IMG/VR virus record: IMGVR_UViG_3300033145_002707 | Span: 5,218 to 69,217 of that record | Source: a virus | Taxonomy: Duplodnaviria; Caudoviricetes | Reading direction: 5' to 3' (one strand) | DNA length: 64,000 nt | Part shown: positions 27,824-35,384 of the stretch, piece by piece | Position numbering within the stretch: the stretch's first letter is position 1 | How the letters are laid out: the number at the start of each line of letters is the position of its first letter | The notes under the pieces: generated by a model | The model's database searches: none | What the model was told of the DNA's origin: nothing | What the model saw: the letters and a program-made list of their open reading frames with translations, nothing else | Position numbers and translations under genes: made by a program

Positions 27824-28816
27824 ATGAAAACAATGTGTATCATAGGAGCAGGTTCAATTGGTGCCACCAAAGACAAACAATTTGATAGCAAGAAAACAAA
27901 AACAATTTTTACACAAGCCCATGCAGCATGGAAGCATCCAGAGATAAGTTTAGTCGGCATATGTGATACAGACCTAAAGAAGTCAATAGATGCTGGCAAT
28001 AAATGGGATTGCATCTCATATAGAAATTACAGAACTATGTTGGATGAACTCAACCCAGAAATAGTTTCAGTTTGCACACCAACAGAAACACATCACAAAA
28101 TTATGCGGGATTTGCTTAATGGTTATTGTAGCAATGCTGTAAATAAAAGTCCAAAACTTGTTATTTGCGAAAAGCCATTCTGTTCAACAATTGAAGAAAC
28201 AAAGGATATTTCTGAATTGTATAAGGTTCTTGATGTTCCAATTCTCATAGACTATATAAGGAGATTTGACAAATCAATTATAAGGCTGAAAAACAAAATT
28301 AAAAATAAAAAAATATATTCTTTCAGATTATCATATGGGCGTGGGCTCAAAAGAGATGGGTGCCATGGTATTGACATATGCAATTACTTGTTTGGTAAAT
28401 GTGAATCAATAAATTTAAAAAGCAGAATATCAGACCTATTCTATGACGGAGAAGATGATGACCCTTCTGTCCAGATATATGGCAGATGGGAAAAATGTAA
28501 GCAAGTAATATTTACACCGATTGATAGTAGAGATTATTCCATTTTTGAAATTGATATATTCACTGAAGATGGACGATACATGCTTGTCAATAGTGGTTTG
28601 CAAGGAGTAACATTCGTCAAAGATATGTCTCCATATGGTCATTATCAAGCCTTATCACCAGTCCCAAAGTATGAGGAAACTGGTTTAAATATAGCTCTAC
28701 TAAGGCTTATGGATAATGCCGTAAACTATCTCAATGGCTTTGAACCATTGCTGTGCACCAATACAGATGCCATTGAGGTTCATAGATTAATCAAATGTAT
28801 TAAGGAGGAATCATGA
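27824..28816 (+). CDS. Gfo/Idh/MocA family oxidoreductase
   Basis: IIGAGSIG, VCTPTETH, ICEKP, GCHGID. Confidence 0.9.
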   Translation: MKTMCIIGAGSIGATKDKQFDSKKTKTIFTQAHAAWKHPEISLVGICDTDLKKSIDAGNKWDCISYRNYRTMLDELNPEIVSVCTPTETHHKIMRDLLNGYCSNAVNKSPKLVICEKPFCSTIEETKDISELYKVLDVPILIDYIRRFDKSIIRLKNKIKNKKIYSFRLSYGRGLKRDGCHGIDICNYLFGKCESINLKSRISDLFYDGEDDDPSVQIYGRWEKCKQVIFTPIDSRDYSIFEIDIFTEDGRYMLVNSGLQGVTFVKDMSPYGHYQALSPVPKYEETGLNIALLRLMDNAVNYLNGFEPLLCTNTDAIEVHRLIKCIKEES

Positions 28817-30108
28817 GTAAACTGGCAATAAATGGTGGCCTAAAAGTAAGAACAGAATTGTTTCCGAACCAAGATACCTTTGATTGGCATGAATATGATG
28901 CCGTTACTAATGTTATGTATACAGGCAGATTATCAAATTATAGAGCAAATTGGACAAAAGATTTTTATGGTGGGCCAAAAATAAAAGAACTCGAAAAAGA
29001 TTGGTCAGATAAATTTGGCTCAAAATATTCCATCGCTGTTAATTCAGCAACATCTGGTCTTATTGCTGCCTGTGGTGCAATTGATTTGAAGCCTGGTGAC
29101 GAAGTGATTGTCACCCCATGGTCAATGACATGTAGTGCAACAGTTCCAATGATTTTTGGAGCATTGCCAGTATTTGCCGATATTGAAGAAAATTATTTTT
29201 GTCTTGATCCAAAAGATGTCAAAAAGAAAATCACCAAGAAAACAAAAGCCATCATTGTTGTTTCACTATTTGGTCAACCCTATAATCAGGAAATAAATAA
29301 AATTGCAAAAGAATATGGGCTGTATGTTATTGAAGATGCTGCTCAAGCACCAGGAGCAATGTATAAGAATAAATATACAGGCACCCTTGCTGATATTGGA
29401 ATATTCTCTTTCAATTATGGCAAGCATATCAATTCTGGAGAGGGAGGAATAATTACTACTGATGATGAACAACTTGCAATGAAATGTAGATTAGTTATGA
29501 ATCATGGAGAATCTGTTCAAAATGATATAGCAAATGATGAAAATTCTCGTGATGATCTACTCAATAACACTATTGGTTTCAACTTCCGCATGACAGAGCT
29601 TATTGCGGCAGTGGTTATCGAACAATTGAAAAAGTTTGATAATTTATTAAAAAAACGAATGGAAAATGTAATTTATCTTGATAGCATATTGGATAAAATA
29701 GACCCTATCAATATAACAAACGAAGGAAGATGGGAAAGCTATACAAATCCGGCTCATACATTTTATGTTCTTCCGTATATTTGGACAAATATTAAATTGC
29801 ATAGAGACAAATATATTGAAGCGGTTAAGGCAGAATTGATGCCAAGAAAAGACAGGGATACAGAAGGGGTTCCGATTGGTTGTGGATATATAAAGCCCAT
29901 CTATTTAATGCCTTTATTTCAAGCAAGAAGCCACTGGGCACTTAAAGAAGGCTCCTATTACAAAGGGCTGTGCCCTGTAGCGGAAGACTTATGGAAAAAT
30001 AAATTATTCCTAACATTACTCCATGCTCCAAATTCAACAATAGAAGACATGGCTGACGTTGGAGAAGCATTCACAAAGGTATGGAAAAATAGAGATGAAC
30101 TTCTTTAG
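28813..30108 (+). CDS. DegT/DnrJ/PseC family PLP-dependent sugar aminotransferase
   Basis: VNSATSGL, IEDAAQA, FSFNYGKHINSGEGG, GFNFRM. Confidence 0.93.
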   Translation: MSKLAINGGLKVRTELFPNQDTFDWHEYDAVTNVMYTGRLSNYRANWTKDFYGGPKIKELEKDWSDKFGSKYSIAVNSATSGLIAACGAIDLKPGDEVIVTPWSMTCSATVPMIFGALPVFADIEENYFCLDPKDVKKKITKKTKAIIVVSLFGQPYNQEINKIAKEYGLYVIEDAAQAPGAMYKNKYTGTLADIGIFSFNYGKHINSGEGGIITTDDEQLAMKCRLVMNHGESVQNDIANDENSRDDLLNNTIGFNFRMTELIAAVVIEQLKKFDNLLKKRMENVIYLDSILDKIDPINITNEGRWESYTNPAHTFYVLPYIWTNIKLHRDKYIEAVKAELMPRKDRDTEGVPIGCGYIKPIYLMPLFQARSHWALKEGSYYKGLCPVAEDLWKNKLFLTLLHAPNSTIEDMADVGEAFTKVWKNRDELL

Positions 30109-30196
30109 AGGATTTGTAAATGCAGCAGCAACGGCTATTGTTTTATGGATATTGATATTTTTATTTGTTTATTTTGTAAAATATATATTCAATTAA
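30095..30196 (+). CDS. Small single-pass membrane peptide (33 aa)
   Basis: MNFFRGFVNAAATAIVLWILIFLFVYFVKYIFN*, overlapping the upstream stop. Confidence 0.45.
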   Translation: MNFFRGFVNAAATAIVLWILIFLFVYFVKYIFN

Positions 30197-30351
30197 AACT
30201 TGAGGTGGGCCATCTGTCAAATAAAAAGATTCTTGTCTTGCTCAGCCTCCGTAGCCAAGAAAAGAGCAAGCCAGCAAGGGACTGGAACACTGGACTTTTC
30301 ACCCAGCTGATTCAAGAATGAGCAACCACCTCAATCTTTAAAGGAGCAAAT

Positions 30352-30600
30352 ATGGAACCAATTAAATTCAAAGGGCACAACAAAGTACTTGGGAAACCAA
30401 GCAGTATGACTAAAGAAGAATGTGGCGATCTGCCTGTCTTTACAGACGAAGAAAAATGTATCTCTAAATGGAAATTGAGTTGGAAAGAACGAGTGCTTGT
30501 GCTATTCAAAGGGTTTGTATGGGTTTGGGTTTTCACTGGCTCAACTCAACCGCCAATATCAATCTCTACAAAATATCCATTTGTAGAAAGGATAAAATAA
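30352..30600 (+). CDS. Hypothetical phage protein
   Basis: AAGGAG RBS; CGDLPVFTD...ISKWKLSWKER. Confidence 0.7.
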   Translation: MEPIKFKGHNKVLGKPSSMTKEECGDLPVFTDEEKCISKWKLSWKERVLVLFKGFVWVWVFTGSTQPPISISTKYPFVERIK

Positions 30601-31412
30601 TGAAAACGAAGTTTATTTGTGAAGTCGGTTCTAATCATAATCAATCTCTTGACAAGTGTTTTAGATTTATAGATGCAGCTAAAGAACTTGGCTGCTGGGG
30701 CATTAAATTCCAATTATTCCAAGCTGATAAATTGTGGACAAAGCCCGAAACAATTGCCAAAATGTCTCACTGGGAATTGCCTTCAGAGTTCATGATGCCT
30801 ATACGTGAACATTGTAATTCTGTTGATATAAACCTTGGTGTTTCAGTGTTCAGCACAGATTATATAAATTGGCTTGATGGTTATGTAGACTTTTTCAAGA
30901 TTGGTTCATACGAAATCCTTTGTGTTGATATGATAAAAGCATGTTATGCAACAGGCAAGCTGTTATTCATATCTGCTGGGCTAATAGAGCCAAGAAGTCT
31001 GCTTATGATTCTTAATGATGTTGACTCTGATTGGAAAAAAAGGTCTGGTAATATCCTTGTATATCATTGTAACAGCAACTATCCAGCCAAGGTTGAAAAT
31101 TGTAATCTGATAAAAATGCAAGCACTTATGGCAACAATGCCTGAAATGGTTGGCTGGTCTGATCATTCGGTAGAGCCAGGAGTGATATATCAAGCAATAG
31201 CACATGGAGCGAAAGCAATTGAATTTCATCTTGATTTAGCAGGGAATGGAAATGAATATGATAATGGCCATTGTTGGATACCTAGTGAAATAAATAATGT
31301 TATCAAAACAGTAAGAGTCATGGAAAAAAGCAGAGGAGGTCTCGGAAAAGGCATAGATAGCAATTTGTTGTCAATGCGTACTGACCCAATAACAATGAAA
31401 AGAGGATATTAA
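30600..31412 (+). CDS. N-acetylneuraminate synthase family (NeuB/PseI/LegI), no SAF domain
   Basis: EVGSNHN, IKFQLF, FKIGS, YHCNSNYPA, GWSDHS, AIEFH. Confidence 0.9.
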   Translation: MKTKFICEVGSNHNQSLDKCFRFIDAAKELGCWGIKFQLFQADKLWTKPETIAKMSHWELPSEFMMPIREHCNSVDINLGVSVFSTDYINWLDGYVDFFKIGSYEILCVDMIKACYATGKLLFISAGLIEPRSLLMILNDVDSDWKKRSGNILVYHCNSNYPAKVENCNLIKMQALMATMPEMVGWSDHSVEPGVIYQAIAHGAKAIEFHLDLAGNGNEYDNGHCWIPSEINNVIKTVRVMEKSRGGLGKGIDSNLLSMRTDPITMKRGY

Positions 31413-31912
31413 TGTCATTATCAAAACAACAGAGAATAGAAAACCTCAAGAAGGGCAAACAATGGGAACTATGGGAAATTGATTATTTAGAGAAACATTA
31501 TCAATATAAAGGGAATAAGGAGATTGGTGATTTCATTGAAAGAACCAAGGATGCAGTATCTTCAAAACTTCATGCTTTGAAGCTGATAAGAACCAACAGT
31601 AAATATTTGTCAATGATAAGGAATATGCGGGAAGGTTCAATACAAAGGAAAAGGCTTTACAAAGACATGACAAAGAAGTTTGGCCCACCAGCAAAGGAGC
31701 CTATGTCTGAGTTTGCAGAAAAATTATATCAAAAGTTTATTGAAAGGAGAAAAAAAGAAGATGCTGAAAGACAAGGAAATACTGATAACGGGTGGGACTG
31801 GCAGTCTTGGAAAAGAGATTCTAAACCAATTGTTAGAATATCATCCCCCAAGAGGTGTGAGGATTTATTCCAGGGACGAGCTGAAACAGTGGGAGCTGAA
31901 GCGAGCTGTTAA
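31412..31912 (+). CDS. Hypothetical protein with HTH-like N-terminus
   Basis: WEIDYLEKHY...EIG...RTKDAVSSK; 3' end overlaps the next gene by about 150 nt. Confidence 0.5.
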   Translation: MSLSKQQRIENLKKGKQWELWEIDYLEKHYQYKGNKEIGDFIERTKDAVSSKLHALKLIRTNSKYLSMIRNMREGSIQRKRLYKDMTKKFGPPAKEPMSEFAEKLYQKFIERRKKEDAERQGNTDNGWDWQSWKRDSKPIVRISSPKRCEDLFQGRAETVGAEASC

Positions 31913-32763
31913 AACTGCATATGCTAAAAGGCATGATTTGAATAGGACTGTAAGAGATACTGAAATTCCTGTCTCGTATCTTATTGGTGATGTAAGAGAT
32001 TGTGAAAGACTTGAGATGGCAACCAAGAATGTCGATATCATTATCCATTGTGCTGCCTTGAAACAAGTCCAAGAAAACAAATATTGATGGAGCTGAAAAT
32101 GTTATCAAGGCTGCTATAAAAAACAATGTATCAAAGGTTATGAATATAAGTACAGACAAGGCTGTATATCCAATAAATCTTTATGGCATGACTAAAGCTG
32201 TTGCTGAAAAACTTTTCAGCCAAGCCAATGTGTATGCTGGAAGTTCAGGCAAGCCCAGATTTGCTTCCTGCAGATATGGCAATGTTATAGGCTCAAGAGG
32301 AAGCATCTTTCCACTCTTCAAAAAGCAAATTGAAGAGCAAGGCTTTATAACAATCACTCATAACGACATGACCAGGTTTTTTATTCCTTTGGAACGAGTC
32401 GCCAAATTCGTCATCGATAGAATTGGTGATATGGTGCCTGGTGAAATTTACATTCCAAAAATGCCCTCTGCTCATATCAGTATGATTGCAGAAATTTTTG
32501 TTGAAGAATTTTATAAAAATCATGAATCTAATACTGTGAAAAGAATAATAGAAATAGGTATTCGGCCAGGTGAAAAGATTCATGAAACATTGATAACTAA
32601 AGAAGAAGCAAAGATGGTTTTCCATGACGGTATAGATGGTTATTTTAAAATCATATCACAGCAGTTAACAAAAGAATCTTTTTTTGAATATAAAAGTGAT
32701 ACCAATCCAGAATGGTTATCAGGAGAAGACATAAAAGGATTAATAGCTAATATTTATGCTTAG
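31761..32763 (+). pseudogene. PseB/CapD-like UDP-GlcNAc 4,6-dehydratase, frameshifted near 32070
   Basis: ITGGTGSLG, SRDELKQ, IGDVRD, AALKQV, then a frame change to KTNIDGAENV, STDKAVYPINLYG, RYGNVIGSRGS. Confidence 0.85.
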
Positions 32764-32771
32764 GAGAAACA

Positions 32772-33350
32772 ATGATTAAACTATATAGTGATGATGAAAT
32801 CTATATGCGGCCATTCAAAGAATCAGACATGAAAGAGCCATACACAAGTTGGTTCTATGATCAAGAAGTGACAAGATTTAACTCACACGGCCTGTTTCCT
32901 TATTCAAAAGAGCAAAAGGAAGTTTTTGTTAAATCTTTAGATACTAATATTGTATGGGCGATAATGGCAAAAAATAAAAAAGAACTCAAATCAGGACAAT
33001 TTTTGCCTCCACCTGGTTACTATGATGATATCCATATAGGCAATATATCTTTACAATCAATCAATTGGATAAACCGATCAGCTGAATTCGCTGTTATCAT
33101 AGGTGATATAAATTATTGGGGAAAAGGTATATGCACTCAAGCTGGTCAATGGTTATTCGATCATGGATTCAACAAGCTCAACCTTAACCGGATATGGTCA
33201 GGAACAGCTGCTATCAATACTGGTATGATAAAAGTATTCAAAAAGCTCGGCATGAAAGAGGAAGGCAGGTTTCGGCAGGGCACATATCTGGCTGGTGATT
33301 ACTATGATATATTATGTTATGGAATTTTGAAAAATGAACATAATCGATAA
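32772..33350 (+). CDS. GNAT N-acetyltransferase (RimJ/PseH-like)
   Basis: IGNISL...AEFAVIIGD..YWGKG, LNLNRI, GMKEEG. Confidence 0.9.
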   Translation: MIKLYSDDEIYMRPFKESDMKEPYTSWFYDQEVTRFNSHGLFPYSKEQKEVFVKSLDTNIVWAIMAKNKKELKSGQFLPPPGYYDDIHIGNISLQSINWINRSAEFAVIIGDINYWGKGICTQAGQWLFDHGFNKLNLNRIWSGTAAINTGMIKVFKKLGMKEEGRFRQGTYLAGDYYDILCYGILKNEHNR

Positions 33351-33852
33351 GTCGCACAGCACAATAACAAAGAGAATAGATGATTCATTTTATCAACACT
33401 CCAAATCGTCAGCAGGTGGTGGCAACTGGCATTACACATCTGATGGCAAGCTGCATGGGATAGTTGAACCAGAAGGTGTGATAAATGGATTTCAAGTTTG
33501 TATCAAGGAATACAAATTTCTATGGTTTACATGGCATTCAAAGCACAAACTGATAATTTTTCCTGGCTATTTCATAAAGGGTAGCAAGAGGGTTATATCT
33601 AAAAAACCAATTTACAAGAGCATCTGGAATCCTGGCAAAAACACATGGTATCATATATATCTTTATTATCATGACGAAGTGATAGATGTTGTGTTTCATG
33701 ATAAGGTTGGTGACTATGAAAACTATAAGAGGGTTTTTTCAGTTTGTACAAATGAGAAAAAACACATAAGGCCATTTGTTCAGCACATAAATGAATTTAT
33801 ATTTACACCACCTGTACATGAGAATTGTAGATGCTCTGTGTTAGGGATATAG
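33334..33852 (+). CDS. Hypothetical protein
   Basis: 172-aa ORF ending in PPVHENCRC. Confidence 0.55.
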   Translation: MNIIDKSHSTITKRIDDSFYQHSKSSAGGGNWHYTSDGKLHGIVEPEGVINGFQVCIKEYKFLWFTWHSKHKLIIFPGYFIKGSKRVISKKPIYKSIWNPGKNTWYHIYLYYHDEVIDVVFHDKVGDYENYKRVFSVCTNEKKHIRPFVQHINEFIFTPPVHENCRCSVLGI

Positions 33853-34106
33853 TTGTGATAAACAAATATAACAATTTTGAAAAGGCTAAATCTAATTTTG
33901 TTGATGGAAACACAATAGATAAGATAGAAAAAATAAGAGCAGAGAATAATAAAAACTGGATGAACCTGCTCAGGCTTGCTATAAAATATGCACCCAAAGA
34001 GGCAAATGGAATATTCATCAAAATTACTGATTGTGATAAAAAAATAAACGACCTGATGAAAGAGATGGTGACTAACGATGATACACAGAGTAATATACAA
34101 AGATAA
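33831..34106 (+). CDS. Small hypothetical protein
   Basis: IDKIEKIRAENNKNWMNLLRLA; start position uncertain. Confidence 0.6.
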   Translation: MLCVRDIVVINKYNNFEKAKSNFVDGNTIDKIEKIRAENNKNWMNLLRLAIKYAPKEANGIFIKITDCDKKINDLMKEMVTNDDTQSNIQR

Positions 34107-35130
34107 AAAGGCATACTGCTCATTTCCTTTGCTTGATTATAAATCTGATGATGAGATATATGTTGGATTTTTTAAAGCTCCAGTTGTTGATCATCATGGC
34201 ATATATGACTGGATTGTCATGAAGTCCACAGACAAAGGTGAAACATGGGAAGATGATGACAGTCTGTCTTCCTATTTAAGCATTGGTGGTGTTAGCCCAA
34301 GGGAAAGGTCTGATAGGTGCCAGATAGATTCTGGTGAAAAGCTAATATCTATTGGCTCGTTTGGGTTTGAAAAAGTTGGTGACAAAATCGGTTTAAGCAA
34401 ACACATAAGCATCGTTTCCATGAAAAAGCCAACAATATGTGGCCAAACCATTGAAAACCAATGGTCTGTAAGGACTACTGAAATATATCCAGCAGGATTT
34501 AATTATGTAATAACATTCAACAGACCATTGTTATCAAATGGCTATGCAATTGCACCAGGATATGGGCGTTGTAAATTAACAGGTATAGACAATTCATTTA
34601 TAATAAAGGTTGACATAGAAAATGGTTTCTGGGAATTCATAAAGATGTTTCCAAGCCATATATCATCGAATGAAGTAGCAATCGTTGAGGTGTCTCCAAC
34701 ATTGCTGTTGGCTATGATAAGAGATGATTATCACAAGAACATGTACCAAAGCTGGTCAAATGATACAGGTAAAAATTGGTCATATCCAATTATATCAGAA
34801 ATTACTGGTGGGCCAGTTCACTTGCTCAAGCTCCATAATGGTGGTATATTATGCACATATGGAATAAGAGATGGCAAAATGGGTATCATGGCAACAGTTC
34901 TGGATCATTATATGCATTGGGACAAACCATATATATTGAGGGATGATTCTGGATGGCCAAGTTCGCTTCACAAAAAAGGCTGGTTTGGGAGAGAACTTGT
35001 AAAGACTGGAGAGTCGGATGTAGGTTATCCAGTTTCAATCCAATTGCAGGATGGTTCTATCCTTACGGTCTATTATATAACACTTGAAGATATGGTAACA
35101 CACATATCTTCAACTAAATGGAAGTTATAA
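34078..35130 (+). CDS. Sialidase-like / BNR-repeat protein
   Basis: Asp-boxes STDKGETW and SNDTGKNW, SNE, DVGYP. Confidence 0.8.
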   Translation: MIHRVIYKDKKAYCSFPLLDYKSDDEIYVGFFKAPVVDHHGIYDWIVMKSTDKGETWEDDDSLSSYLSIGGVSPRERSDRCQIDSGEKLISIGSFGFEKVGDKIGLSKHISIVSMKKPTICGQTIENQWSVRTTEIYPAGFNYVITFNRPLLSNGYAIAPGYGRCKLTGIDNSFIIKVDIENGFWEFIKMFPSHISSNEVAIVEVSPTLLLAMIRDDYHKNMYQSWSNDTGKNWSYPIISEITGGPVHLLKLHNGGILCTYGIRDGKMGIMATVLDHYMHWDKPYILRDDSGWPSSLHKKGWFGRELVKTGESDVGYPVSIQLQDGSILTVYYITLEDMVTHISSTKWKL

Positions 35131-35141
35131 AAGGAGGAAGT

Positions 35142-35372
35142 ATGAAACCAAGAGCAATCGAAAAAGAAGTGAAAGATGACAAAGAAAATCGCACACAGAT
35201 AGACGAATTAAAAGTTGCCATACAAAAGGACAAAGCTGAACGTACACAAAAATGTATCAAAGAGATTGATGCAACATTAAAAAAGTATAATTGCAGATTG
35301 GATGGTGTCATGATGTTGAAAGATAATTCTGTGAAATCACAAGTAACCATCATGGCCTTAGACAGCAAATAG
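35142..35372 (+). CDS. Small coiled-coil hypothetical protein
   Basis: GGAGG RBS before ATG 35142. Confidence 0.65.
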   Translation: MKPRAIEKEVKDDKENRTQIDELKVAIQKDKAERTQKCIKEIDATLKKYNCRLDGVMMLKDNSVKSQVTIMALDSK

Positions 35373-35384
35373 AGGAGAAAACAA

